Shown in pieces: positions 33,951 through 43,943 of a stretch of DNA of 64,000 nt. The stretch's first letter is position 1. Every line of letters starts with the position of its first letter. Source of the DNA: an uncultured Chromatiaceae bacterium (lineage in GTDB: Bacteria > Pseudomonadota > Gammaproteobacteria > Tenderiales > Tenderiaceae). Both the position numbers and the translations under genes were made by a program. Under the pieces are notes generated by a model that did not search any database, was not told where the DNA came from, and worked only from the letters and a program-made list of their open reading frames with translations. Where the stretch lies: the NCBI GenBank assembly GCA_945787785.1, contig CALZIO010000005.1, positions 26,921 through 90,920 of the forward strand, in the 5' to 3' direction.

Positions 33951-35246
33951 ATGAGCCTGCATGCCGCAGTTATTGGTGGCGGGATCTCGGGCCTGGCGGC
34001 CGCTCACCGTGTAGCCGCCCTCGGCCATCAGGTGACCTTATTTGAGGGGGCAGATGTGCTGGGTGGCCTGGGATCTACGTTTCCGTACCGGGATGGTCAT
34101 CTCGAGCGCTTCTACCATTGTCTTCTACCGAATGATGATGCGCTCATCGGCTTTATCCGTGAGTTGGGGCTCGAGACAGAGCTACTCTGGCGCGAAACAC
34201 GGATGGGTTTTCTTTACCAGCGACGTGACTATCCACTCAACACAGCCGCGGACCTGCTTCGCTTCGACCCGCTAAGCCTGCACGAACGACTGCGGCTGGG
34301 ACTGATGGCAATTTGGGCTCGTTATCGTGGAGTCAGTATGGACCTGGATGAAATCACCGCAGCAGATTGGTTGCGCAGAATGGCCGGTGAGCGGGCCTTC
34401 GAGATACTCTGGAAACCGCTGCTCGCGGCCAAGATTGGCGATCGCTATTCTGAAATTCCGGCGCTTTGGTTATCCAGTCGGCTAAGCCGGGAGAAAAACA
34501 CTAAACTCGAACGCAAAGGTTACCTTAGTGGTGGTTATCAATCGTTGATCGATGCGTTCGCGCAATTGCTTCAGGAGCGTGGGCATACGATCCATCTAAA
34601 CAAGCCAGTGCGCTCTATCGCACTCGATGGTGCGGGTATGGTATTGGCGCTCGATGATGTTCCGGACATGCATTTCGATTACGTGATCTGCACGCTACCT
34701 TTGACTGCGTGTCAGCAGTTGATGGCAGATCTCCCTGTCGATCCGCGCTTACGGGATCTCAGCTTAGATTACCAAGGTGTCGTCTGTGGGATGTTCCTGT
34801 TAGATAAGCCGCTCTCCCCGTATTACTGGATGCCTTTTGTGGATAGTGGATCAACGGCGCAGGGTGTGATCGAGATGTCAAATCTCATGCCTTTGGAAAG
34901 ATCGCAAGGTCTCTATGTCAACTACCTGGTTAACTATACACATCGCGACAGTGAGCTTTTCACGCGTGGAGAAGAGGAGTTGCTAGAACTTTATCAGCGC
35001 GATCTAGAGGCGTTATTTCCTCGCTCGGGAGCCAAGGTTATTGACCGGTTCTTGTTCAAGGCACCTTTTGTTGAGCCCATCTGGACCGTCGGTTATCAAC
35101 AACGAAAACCGCCTTATACTGTGATCCCTGGACGACTCTACATGGCTACCACCGCTCACCTCTACCCTAAAGTGAACTCGTGGAACTCATGTTGCGAGGT
35201 GGTTGACGAGATGATTTCTGAACTCACCCTCCAGATTGCGCCATAA
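33951..35246 (+). CDS. NAD(P)/FAD-dependent oxidoreductase (amine-oxidase / phytoene-desaturase-like fold)
   Basis: N-terminal dinucleotide-binding motif AVIGGGISGLAAAHRVAALGHQVTLFEGADVLGG. 431 aa. Confidence 0.75.
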   Translation: MSLHAAVIGGGISGLAAAHRVAALGHQVTLFEGADVLGGLGSTFPYRDGHLERFYHCLLPNDDALIGFIRELGLETELLWRETRMGFLYQRRDYPLNTAADLLRFDPLSLHERLRLGLMAIWARYRGVSMDLDEITAADWLRRMAGERAFEILWKPLLAAKIGDRYSEIPALWLSSRLSREKNTKLERKGYLSGGYQSLIDAFAQLLQERGHTIHLNKPVRSIALDGAGMVLALDDVPDMHFDYVICTLPLTACQQLMADLPVDPRLRDLSLDYQGVVCGMFLLDKPLSPYYWMPFVDSGSTAQGVIEMSNLMPLERSQGLYVNYLVNYTHRDSELFTRGEEELLELYQRDLEALFPRSGAKVIDRFLFKAPFVEPIWTVGYQQRKPPYTVIPGRLYMATTAHLYPKVNSWNSCCEVVDEMISELTLQIAP

Positions 35247-35302
35247 TTTTGCAAAGTACTAACAGCGATTATGATTTCGATTCGATCTCAATCGTCTGCA
35301 TC

Positions 35303-36376
35303 TTAAGTGGTGTTAAAGTCAGGCACCATCACTGGAACATTCGAGCTTTGTTCAAGCTGCTCTGCGAAGCCGCGCAAAGTTAGAATATCAAATTCGTCAC
35401 TCAGGTCACCCACTACCTGGCTTAGCAAATTTAATTTTTTCTCTCTTGAGACATCCATGGCCGGTAAGAAAGAAGGTGATAAAGGGTCATCTGCACCTAG
35501 AAAATCCGTAGGATGAAGCAATAACGATGGAGAGGTTTTGGTGAGTCGACACAACTTCAATGCCATTTGAAAATAGGTTCGTGCCAGCCATGGCGAAAAA
35601 CGTCCCAACCACTGCAAATAGGTAACATGGATGGGCGAGCGGATAACCGGCATGGTGGTGACCGGGATTTCGAGCAACTCTCCATGTTCGGTTCGCCAGC
35701 GATACGGCTTGAGCGGGCGAAATCCCTCTGAGATTCCGCCACCCAACATCTTGCGGCGTTTACGCCGGTCATCTGACGACATGCCCACCTTGGCGAAATA
35801 GTAGGCCCGGGCAAGGGGGCCTAGAAAAGTCGGCAATGTGGATGCGTCGTATCGATACCCGCGCCTGGCAAGTTCGGCCAACGCTACATTCGATAGGCAA
35901 TAGGCCGGACCACGAAATCCAACTGGTTTATACCCGGTTGCCCGCTCGATGTGTATTTCTGCTTGATCCAATTCTGCCTTAATTTGTTGCTCAGAATAGA
36001 GGTGTAGCCCCGCCTCATGTCCAAAAGAGTGGTTCGCAATTTCGTGTCCAGCTGCTGCAATCGAACTCAACACCTTTTGGTGTTTCTCAATAGCGGCGTC
36101 CTGACCAACGAGGAAGAAAGTGATTGTGAGTGAGCGATTGCTCAAGAACTCCAGGATGCGTGGTACTACCAGCTCGAGATAGGAAGGAAATGTCTCCCAG
36201 CCTTCTGCATTGTGTCCCCTAAGGTATGCCCAGTGGTTGTCGAGATCCAGCGATAGGGTGGCTAACGGCCTTCCCGTAGAGCTATTTGTTTCTGCTTTAC
36301 CACTGTTGGAGCCGGTACGATGGTTCATAGGTCTGATCGCATCAGCCATCACCTTTCTTAGATTGCCGCTGATCAT
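35303..36376 (-). CDS. Polysaccharide deacetylase (NodB-homology, ArnD-like)
   Basis: LSLDLDN..., TFFLVGQDA...GHEIANHSFGH (NodB metal and catalytic motifs). The start may be the ATG at 36349 instead. Overlaps the 3' end of the upstream GT2 gene. Confidence 0.8.
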   Translation of the reverse strand: MISGNLRKVMADAIRPMNHRTGSNSGKAETNSSTGRPLATLSLDLDNHWAYLRGHNAEGWETFPSYLELVVPRILEFLSNRSLTITFFLVGQDAAIEKHQKVLSSIAAAGHEIANHSFGHEAGLHLYSEQQIKAELDQAEIHIERATGYKPVGFRGPAYCLSNVALAELARRGYRYDASTLPTFLGPLARAYYFAKVGMSSDDRRKRRKMLGGGISEGFRPLKPYRWRTEHGELLEIPVTTMPVIRSPIHVTYLQWLGRFSPWLARTYFQMALKLCRLTKTSPSLLLHPTDFLGADDPLSPSFLPAMDVSREKKLNLLSQVVGDLSDEFDILTLRGFAEQLEQSSNVPVMVPDFNTT

Positions 36377-37433
36377 TCATGATTGTCGTACCGAGATGAA
36401 ACATCTGCTCGAAGTAGTTGGTGTTCTGGAGAGCCAATATGCCCCAGGCAATGAAATTTACCGCCAGCAGCAGTGTCATGCCACCGATGATAATGGTGTG
36501 TGGAGCGACACTAAAGGCGGCTGCAACCGCAGCATCGAATCGATCCATACCCCAGGGTCCGGGGGGCAGTTTTTGATATTGCTCGTAAATATGCAGACAG
36601 GTCCAAAAATTTGTGTAGATTGATGCGGCAAGGAAAATGAGCCCAGGCACTAAGAAAAACAACACGGGGCGAAACAAGAAGCCCCACACCAACACCGCCA
36701 CAGTATGACGGAAGATTTTCATCTTTGATTGCCGCGTGTCACCCTCCTCCCGTTGCAGCGCCCAATCCAAATGAGACGGTATTTCTTCGATGTGTGCATT
36801 CAGCAACATCGCCTTGTGGATGATTTCAAGATTGATATCCATCCCCATGGAGCCAAGATCCAGCTTTTGGACAAACTTTCTATCGTATGCTCGAACCATA
36901 GGGGTCAGCGAAGAGAGATTACCCTTAGCCACCGTCGACAGAAACCGGTTCGATCCGACACTAAGATATTTGCGCAGCCACGGTACATTAGAGATTTTAC
37001 CGCCCTTCATATACGGGGAAGTCGCCACGATCTTGGCTTTACTCTCTTGTATCCTGTCTACCAGTTTAGGAATGTGTTCGGGACCATAGCTGAGATCAAT
37101 GTCGAGGACGACGATATAGTCACCGCGGCAATTGGCAAACGCGGTTTGCAATGCCTGGCCCAGGCCGAAGTTTCTGGGGTGATGCAGTACGCGGACATTC
37201 TGTCGGGTTACAGCAAAGGCCTCTGCGAGTGCCCCGGTATCATCCTCGCTACCATCGTTTACAAATACAATCTCCCACCGGTACTTGGCTTCCAACGATT
37301 CCATGTAATCGCATAACGTGGCGAGATTCTTTTCGACGATGGCAGCTTCGTTGAATCCGGCAAGCGCGAGTGAGACAAAGCACTTTGTATCGTGCGAGGT
37401 TGCTGCTTGGTGTTTGGATACAGAGTCGGACAC
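36342..37433 (-). CDS. Family 2 glycosyltransferase, polyprenyl-phosphate sugar synthase type (ArnC/GtrB/DPM1-like)
   Basis: GT-A N-terminal domain (VSLALAGFNEA..., VFVNDGSEDDT, VVLDIDLSY) followed by two C-terminal TM helices, as in ArnC/GtrB. Confidence 0.82.
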   Translation of the reverse strand: MSDSVSKHQAATSHDTKCFVSLALAGFNEAAIVEKNLATLCDYMESLEAKYRWEIVFVNDGSEDDTGALAEAFAVTRQNVRVLHHPRNFGLGQALQTAFANCRGDYIVVLDIDLSYGPEHIPKLVDRIQESKAKIVATSPYMKGGKISNVPWLRKYLSVGSNRFLSTVAKGNLSSLTPMVRAYDRKFVQKLDLGSMGMDINLEIIHKAMLLNAHIEEIPSHLDWALQREEGDTRQSKMKIFRHTVAVLVWGFLFRPVLFFLVPGLIFLAASIYTNFWTCLHIYEQYQKLPPGPWGMDRFDAAVAAAFSVAPHTIIIGGMTLLLAVNFIAWGILALQNTNYFEQMFHLGTTIMNDQRQSKKGDG

Positions 37434-37612
37434 CTACATGCTCTCCATTATTCTTATTCTATTTTTATGCATTACATTAGCTGCTACCATACCTGATTCA
37501 TGACTTTTCTCAAAATTGTGGCGCGAAGGCTATACCAGCTCCATAGTTGACTCCGTTTAGCGCTGTGATTAAAGACAAAATTTAAAATGTTGTACAGGGA
37601 ATAGGCAAAGAT

Positions 37613-38692
37613 ATGACAATAGCAATTGTGCTCGGAACACGTCCGGAAATCATCAAACTTTCCCCTGTCATGCGTTATTGCCTAGAGCATGAAATTGCCT
37701 TTTTTATCATTCATACAAACCAGCATTATACCCAGGAGCTCGATAGTGTTTTTTTTGAGGAGCTGGCTCTTCCGCCCGCAAAATATAATCTAGCGATCGG
37801 GTCTGGGTCTCACGGGATGCAGACCGGCTCTATGCTCATAGAGATTGAAAAAGTACTATTGCAGGAAAAGCCAAATATGGTAATTGTTCAAGGGGATACT
37901 AATACTGTTCTCGCTGCGGCCCTGGCGGCATCAAAACTACAGATCCCAATTGCCCACGTCGAAGCGGGTCTACGGAGTTACGACCGGAATATGCCCGAAG
38001 AGGTAAACCGAATTGTTGCTGATCATCTTTCAACATACCTTTTATGCCCGACTGAAAAACAGCAAAATATTCTTTTGGGTGAAGGCGTTGAAATGGCGAA
38101 GATATTTTCAACTGGAAATACGATTGTTGATGCGGTCCACCAAGCGATGGAGCTGTCTCAACAACAATCAAAAATACTAGAAAATTTAAATATCTCCCCA
38201 AAAATGTATCTTCTATTGACGCTTCATAGACCATCGAACGTTGATCATAAGGAGGTCTTAATCCGAATATTTGAAGGTCTTAAACGAGTTTCCAATAAAC
38301 ACTCCCTGCCGGTAATTTTTCCAATTCATCCGAGAACCGAAAAAAGCTTATCCCAGTTGAATATTGATATGCCAGATTGCATTCAACCTATTAAACCAGT
38401 TGGCTATCTGGATATGCTTATGCTGATTAGTAAAGCGAACGCGGTTTTATCCGATTCAGGTGGAATCCAGGAAGAAGCATGCATTATTGGAACGCCTTGC
38501 GTAACCTTGCGTGAAAACACTGAGCGGCCTGAAACAGTGGAGGTTGGTGCGAATGTGGTGGTTGGGAGCCATCCGGAAAAAATTGAATCATCTCTTGAAA
38601 TGTTCCCTGAAGGAAAGACTTGGAAACAACCTTTTGGAGAGCAAGTGACAAGAAAGATTTTTGGCGTATTTAAAAAAATGGAGCAATTGTAG
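37613..38692 (+). CDS. wecB: UDP-N-acetylglucosamine 2-epimerase (non-hydrolysing)
   Basis: VLGTRPEIIKLSPV, VQGDTNTVLAAALAA, HVEAGLRSYDRNMPEEVNR and SDSGGIQEEA motifs. Confidence 0.9.
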   Translation: MTIAIVLGTRPEIIKLSPVMRYCLEHEIAFFIIHTNQHYTQELDSVFFEELALPPAKYNLAIGSGSHGMQTGSMLIEIEKVLLQEKPNMVIVQGDTNTVLAAALAASKLQIPIAHVEAGLRSYDRNMPEEVNRIVADHLSTYLLCPTEKQQNILLGEGVEMAKIFSTGNTIVDAVHQAMELSQQQSKILENLNISPKMYLLLTLHRPSNVDHKEVLIRIFEGLKRVSNKHSLPVIFPIHPRTEKSLSQLNIDMPDCIQPIKPVGYLDMLMLISKANAVLSDSGGIQEEACIIGTPCVTLRENTERPETVEVGANVVVGSHPEKIESSLEMFPEGKTWKQPFGEQVTRKIFGVFKKMEQL

Positions 38693-38709
38693 TACCAGTT
38701 TCGAAAATT

Positions 38710-39117
38710 ATGGGTCCTAGACAATTTATCAACAGGCTCTTCAATCGCTATCCTAAGTTTTCTACATATCTGTTGATTGGAGGATCCGCGGCCGCAGTCG
38801 ATTTACTCGCTTTCGTGATTTTATTCAATCTATTCGACTTGAGTGCGGTTACTTCGAATATCTTATCTGTGTCAATCGCGACCGTTGAGAGTTACACGCT
38901 CAACGCTTTGTACAACTTCAGGACAACGGATAAAATTCTGTTTCGATTCTCTTCCTTTGTCGCAGTGTCGGCGCTGGGATTAATAATTGGGTCGTCCTTG
39001 ATATATTTGCTACACAACATGCTTGGTATTGATGGCAATCTTGCAAAAATTGCCGTTATGCCCCCCGTGGTCCTTGTCCAGTTTCTGTTGAACAAACACA
39101 TTTCCTTTCGTCAGTGA
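38710..39117 (+). CDS. GtrA-family membrane protein (polyprenyl-phosphate sugar translocation-associated)
   Basis: 135 aa, four TM segments. YLLIGGSAAAVDLLAFVILF N-terminal pattern and C-terminal LLNKHISFR, typical of GtrA-like proteins. Confidence 0.8.
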   Translation: MGPRQFINRLFNRYPKFSTYLLIGGSAAAVDLLAFVILFNLFDLSAVTSNILSVSIATVESYTLNALYNFRTTDKILFRFSSFVAVSALGLIIGSSLIYLLHNMLGIDGNLAKIAVMPPVVLVQFLLNKHISFRQ

Positions 39118-39125
39118 TCACGGGA

Positions 39126-40754
39126 CTAGTTCTTTTTCGGTTGCGTGAAACTCTCTGCCTGCCATGGATCTGCTTCGTTCGAAGCGGCTGAGATTGGTGT
39201 TTGTTTGATACGTAATACTGCTAGGTCAACCTTGGTTTGTATATTTTCTATCGATTCATCGCTGCGTCCATAACAAAAACTCTGCAACGCATGGACTGCT
39301 TCTGCAATCGTCCTATCCTCAGGATGGTATGCCATCCAGCGTTGCAGGCCTTGTTCCAGTGTATTGCTGCCCATCGCGTTTAACAGCTGTTGTTGTAATG
39401 GATGACGTTTATCCTGTGGTCTCGTGATTGACGTTGTTGTAGGTGCTGGCGTTTTATCATTGCCTTTACGCCATAACTTCAACAAGGTGGTCAGCCAAAG
39501 CAGTGTCATGATGACGGTGGCGAGTTGCCAAATCCAATTGGGTTGAGTGTTGCTCGTTGGTTTAATCTTTGATGTGGCGACGGTATCGGTACTAGTTACA
39601 ACAGACTCTGGTTGCGGCATTGTCCCGGGCGCTACATTAATTGTTTGGCCGGGCAGTTCTACTAAGGCAGCCTGGCCAGTTACCGGATCGAAATAGGGGA
39701 TGCGTATGGCTGGCAGCTCAAATTCACCAGCAGAGAGTGGCATGATTGACAGTGAATAGTCGGCAGCATCCATAATGCCAGCACTTGTTTGTTCAGTGTG
39801 ATAACGCGCCGGGTCCGGGTAGAGCTTCAAACCTTCGGGTAATGTTATGCCAGGTAATAATCTGGGTAAGGCCGTGACGCCTACTGGTGCCTTCAGGGTC
39901 AGTGTCAATTCGTTGAGTTCATATTGTTTTAAAGTGTCAGGCAAAGATGATGCTGTCAGTGTGGGTCTGCCGATGATGATGTCTGCTGGTACATCCGCGG
40001 GTAAGGCTTTGACTTCAAAGTCCAGTGTTTGATGCGGCAGGCGCAGCTGGCGCCCAGCCTTGGTAGTCACCCAAATATCAGGTAGCTGCACAGAGAACAC
40101 GCCTGCCTGATTGGGAAATACCGACCAGGCGATGCGCTCAACTTCGTAGTCAAAGCCATTAACGGTTTCTTGTCGTGTTGCCTGCGGCATTTTCCAGTTG
40201 GAAAGCATCTCAATCTGTACCGGCGCCGTTTCAAAATTACTGCCCTGTGATGCAGACTCCAATTCAACGCGATGATAAAGATCAAGGTAAGCCACCACCT
40301 GTTGCCCTACCCAGGGGCTGATAACATTAGCGTCACTGCGCACAAAGATTTCATCAGCTATGGTGGTATCTATCTCCAATACATCTATTTCGATTGCTTC
40401 AGTGCTCAGGCCATCAATCATAAATGGTGGAATAGTGAGCGTGCCGGTATGTTTCGGAAACAGCTCTACCTTGATCTCTGATGTGGAACGACCCTGACCA
40501 AGATAGATGTTGTAGTTAGTGCTGGCTGATGGTCTGCCAACATTGAAGTTGTTGCTCAGCAGAGTCAGGTCAACATTAGGATCAACCCCTTCAGCACGCA
40601 GGCGGTTATCACTGTTGATCAGGCTCAAAGTGAACAACAACGGTTCGTTGAGTTGCAGTTGTGTGCGATCAACCTGGGCGTTGAATTCGGCCGCCCAGCT
40701 TGTCTCAATAAGTAACAGGCTGCTCAGCAGTGTCAGTAGTAAACGCGTTACCAT
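39126..40754 (-). CDS. batD: BatD-like (oxygen-tolerance family) protein
   Basis: Signal peptide, long beta-rich ectodomain, single TM near the C-terminus (WIWQLATVIMTLLWLTTLL). Last gene of the MoxR/Bat operon. Confidence 0.7.
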   Translation of the reverse strand: MVTRLLLTLLSSLLLIETSWAAEFNAQVDRTQLQLNEPLLFTLSLINSDNRLRAEGVDPNVDLTLLSNNFNVGRPSASTNYNIYLGQGRSTSEIKVELFPKHTGTLTIPPFMIDGLSTEAIEIDVLEIDTTIADEIFVRSDANVISPWVGQQVVAYLDLYHRVELESASQGSNFETAPVQIEMLSNWKMPQATRQETVNGFDYEVERIAWSVFPNQAGVFSVQLPDIWVTTKAGRQLRLPHQTLDFEVKALPADVPADIIIGRPTLTASSLPDTLKQYELNELTLTLKAPVGVTALPRLLPGITLPEGLKLYPDPARYHTEQTSAGIMDAADYSLSIMPLSAGEFELPAIRIPYFDPVTGQAALVELPGQTINVAPGTMPQPESVVTSTDTVATSKIKPTSNTQPNWIWQLATVIMTLLWLTTLLKLWRKGNDKTPAPTTTSITRPQDKRHPLQQQLLNAMGSNTLEQGLQRWMAYHPEDRTIAEAVHALQSFCYGRSDESIENIQTKVDLAVLRIKQTPISAASNEADPWQAESFTQPKKN

Positions 40755-42517
40755 GGCTTTTGCTCCACCAGACCGCTGACTCGCTTGTCTTCAATTTCGA
40801 AGCGGCGTTGCAGCATGGTTTGATTGTCTTCTTTTAGGTTGCGGTATTGTTGCCAGGCTTGCGCGGGCGGTTGAATACTGAGCTTATCCATCTGGCTCCA
40901 TTGCGCCAGGCTTTCACTTAGGGTGGCGTCTTGCTTTTCCCGATCACCACTTTGTTGGCCGTCAGTTTTGCTTATGCGGGCGCCTTGCTCACTTTGACCA
41001 GAGAGTGGGTTATTATCGGCATCACCACCAGCACCTGTGTTCATGCTTTCGTCTGTTTGATTTGGTCCCGGGCGGGGTTGTTGCTGCGCTGCCTGTTTTT
41101 GTCCTCCGCCCCACTCCTGTTTGGCTTTGTTTAGTAGCATCAGGTTGTGGGCGGCGCGGGGATAACTGCGTTGCAGTTGAATGGCCAGTTCAAAAGATGC
41201 AATGGCCTGATCAATCTGCTGTAGTTGGGCCAGGGTATTGCCTTGATTGTAGGCGGCACGGGCCTTGTCCTGATTGTTGTCTGCCAGGTTGTAGGCCAGT
41301 TGAAAAGCAGTTAACGCAGCTTGCCACTCCTGCAGGCGGTAGGCCGCTACACCCTGACCCATGAGCCCAACATAATTTTGCAGTTGGCTATAGGTTTTCA
41401 GCGCCCCCAGGTTGTCATGGCTTTGCAGTTGCTCGAGCCCTTTGGCTTCGTTCCATGGCGCGGCATCGGCAGGGTGAGTATGGATAAAAAGAAATGGACC
41501 GATCAGCATGGCCAAACCTTGAGGCCGATTAAGACCGTGCCAGAACAAGATCAATAGCGCCAAGAATATAAAAATCGGAAACAGTGGTTGGCCCATTTGG
41601 GTTTTAATTTCGGATTGATAAATGCTTTGTTGCAGCATACCGATTTCGGTTTCGATTTCAGACCATGCCTCTGGTTGCAGGTCAAAATACTGGCCACCAC
41701 CCACTTGGGCCAGGCTTTGTAATGTTGAGCGCTGTAACTGTGAGGTGAGTATTTTGCCGTTCTGACGCACCAGTCGTCCTGCAGCCAGTGGTACCGGCCC
41801 CCCTTGTTCAGTGCCAATGCCGAGCGTGATGAGTTTATGGCTGGCTTGATTCAGACTGGCTGCCGTCGGTAATGCCTCGGGGTCATGGATCTCACCGTCA
41901 CTGATTAATAACACCAGGCCGCTAATTGAATGGCCCGCAGAATCTTTAACATCAAGGCTCTGTTGCGCCAGGCGCAAGGCACGGCTCAAGTTAGAACCTG
42001 TGACATACGCCAGTGAAGGATCCAGCTGATTAAGAAAATGACGAAACGCCTGCGTATCATGACTCAGCGGCAACACGGTATAGGCATTGGCTGAAAAGGC
42101 AATCAATGCCAGGCGATGTTGTTCTAACGATTGGCTGAAATCTGTTAGCAGTTTTTTGCCGCGCTCAAGCCGGTTTGGTGCCACGTCTTCAACACCCATT
42201 GAAGGTGAGATGTCCATGATCACCACAATATTTGCGGCCAACTGCTCAATCTGTTGTTTGTCTTGTGTCACCAGGAACGGACCAGCCAAAGCAATGCTAA
42301 GCAGGATCCAGATAATCATAAAACTAATCTGCTGTTGGCGCCTGTTGATTTGCAGCGGTGTGCTTAACACCTTGGCCCAGAGATGGCGTTGGATGAATTG
42401 CTCCAGGCGTGGCAGCTGAGCGAGCCTGGGCTGCCAAAACAACAGCGGCAATGGCAGTAATGCCGGCAGTAGCCACCACGGATTAGACCACTGCAGGGCA
42501 GACCAAACACCACTCAT
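40748..42517 (-). CDS. batB: VWA-domain plus TPR membrane protein (BatB/BatC-like fusion)
   Basis: Two N-terminal TMs. VWA MIDAS motif (VVIMDISPSM). TM. C-terminal TPR repeats and a Gln-rich tail. Confidence 0.78.
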   Translation of the reverse strand: MSGVWSALQWSNPWWLLPALLPLPLLFWQPRLAQLPRLEQFIQRHLWAKVLSTPLQINRRQQQISFMIIWILLSIALAGPFLVTQDKQQIEQLAANIVVIMDISPSMGVEDVAPNRLERGKKLLTDFSQSLEQHRLALIAFSANAYTVLPLSHDTQAFRHFLNQLDPSLAYVTGSNLSRALRLAQQSLDVKDSAGHSISGLVLLISDGEIHDPEALPTAASLNQASHKLITLGIGTEQGGPVPLAAGRLVRQNGKILTSQLQRSTLQSLAQVGGGQYFDLQPEAWSEIETEIGMLQQSIYQSEIKTQMGQPLFPIFIFLALLILFWHGLNRPQGLAMLIGPFLFIHTHPADAAPWNEAKGLEQLQSHDNLGALKTYSQLQNYVGLMGQGVAAYRLQEWQAALTAFQLAYNLADNNQDKARAAYNQGNTLAQLQQIDQAIASFELAIQLQRSYPRAAHNLMLLNKAKQEWGGGQKQAAQQQPRPGPNQTDESMNTGAGGDADNNPLSGQSEQGARISKTDGQQSGDREKQDATLSESLAQWSQMDKLSIQPPAQAWQQYRNLKEDNQTMLQRRFEIEDKRVSGLVEQKPW

Positions 42518-43488
42518 GCCATTGCCTCGCGAGTATTACGCCATTGGTTTAGTCCCAACAGTACGAGTCCGACTAACAGTGGCAGCAGATACCATTCACG
42601 CGGCGGGCTGATCATAGCTTCAATTGGAATGGTTTCCAGTTGTTCAATATCCTGGATAATCTGTTGCAGTGTTTCGGTATCACCGGCTCGGTAATAACGG
42701 CCGCCGCTTTCGCTGGCAAGTTGTTGAAGCAATGTTTCATCCAACGGTACTTCAACAAAGTCTGGGTCTTGTGCCGGGCCACGCTGGAATAACACCTTAC
42801 CCGAATTGCCTACGCCAATAGTGTAGATCTTTACCTGGTGCAGCTTGGCTATCTCCAGGGCATTGAGCGGATGGATTTCGCCAGCCGTATTGCTGCCATC
42901 GGTAAGCAGAATCAGGTTGCGCGATTTGTTATCAAGTTGTTCCAGGCGTTTGACACCCAGGGCGATGGCTTGTCCCATAGCCGTTTTTTGTCCAGCCATG
43001 CCCTGACTAATATCATTGAGCAGGCCTGTGATTAGCTGCAAGTCATTGGTAATAGGCGCAAGCGTGTAGGCATCATCAGCGAAGACGATCAGACCAATGC
43101 GATCACCCTGGCGTGCGGCGATGAATTGATTGGCCACGTGTTTGATTGTATCGAGGCGGTTAACGGGAAGGCCGTCGACATAAAAGTCTTGTGCTTTCAT
43201 CGAGCTGGAGATATCGATGGCGAGCATAAAATTGCGACCCTGATGATCATCGCCACCAAGCCATTGTGGTCGTGCCAGCGCTAGTAACAGCAGGGTGCAG
43301 CCAATCAGCCATAACCAGGGTAGTTGCTGGCGGGTTTGTTGGCTAAGGCTGGCAAGTAGTGCGGCCTGAGGATGATACAGAGCCGTTGCTTGATACGCTT
43401 TTATTTGTCGGCGTTGTTGCGCAACCAACCACAACAGCCAGGGTAGGGGCAGGGCTAACAACCAGGCAGGGCTTACTAGATTTAGCAT
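42514..43488 (-). CDS. batA: VWA-domain membrane protein (BatA-like)
   Basis: N-terminal TMs. MIDAS motif MLAIDISSSM. C-terminal TM. ATGA overlap with the downstream gene. Confidence 0.8.
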   Translation of the reverse strand: MLNLVSPAWLLALPLPWLLWLVAQQRRQIKAYQATALYHPQAALLASLSQQTRQQLPWLWLIGCTLLLLALARPQWLGGDDHQGRNFMLAIDISSSMKAQDFYVDGLPVNRLDTIKHVANQFIAARQGDRIGLIVFADDAYTLAPITNDLQLITGLLNDISQGMAGQKTAMGQAIALGVKRLEQLDNKSRNLILLTDGSNTAGEIHPLNALEIAKLHQVKIYTIGVGNSGKVLFQRGPAQDPDFVEVPLDETLLQQLASESGGRYYRAGDTETLQQIIQDIEQLETIPIEAMISPPREWYLLPLLVGLVLLGLNQWRNTREAMA

Positions 43489-43943
43489 GTAGCCACCCGT
43501 TTAAGCCAGCTGCGTATTGAGTCAAATGTCTTGTCAGTTAATGGTTTGTCGCTGCTGGATTGGTAACGCAGTTGCTGTAATGTGTTGATGGTGGTTTGCC
43601 ACTGTATTTGTTGGTCAGATAAAAATGCAGGCGTGGTGTTGTTGAGTTGTTGCAGCCCTAATCCAAGCCTAATCAGGGTGGCGAGTTGATAAGCGGTGTA
43701 ACGCTGATCCAGATCGCCACGCTGCCAAGCCTGTTGCAGTTGATTCAATCGTTGAGTGGCTTGATCGGCAAGCGTGTTGTGTGAAGTGGATGTTCGTTTT
43801 TGCCAGATTACTAGACCAGTTAGCAGCAGAGCAAGGCCAACAACCGCAATAATGATCCAGATTAATGGCCACCAGTTTGGCTCAGGTGGTAGTTCTATCC
43901 CGGCCAGTTGCTGATTGATTTGTTGCCATTGTTGTTCGTTCAT
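43482..43943 (-). CDS. DUF4381-like single-pass membrane protein
   Basis: IELPPEPNWWPLIWIIIAVVGLALLL motif and the position between the DUF58 and BatA genes. Confidence 0.65.
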   Translation of the reverse strand: MNEQQWQQINQQLAGIELPPEPNWWPLIWIIIAVVGLALLLTGLVIWQKRTSTSHNTLADQATQRLNQLQQAWQRGDLDQRYTAYQLATLIRLGLGLQQLNNTTPAFLSDQQIQWQTTINTLQQLRYQSSSDKPLTDKTFDSIRSWLKRVATC

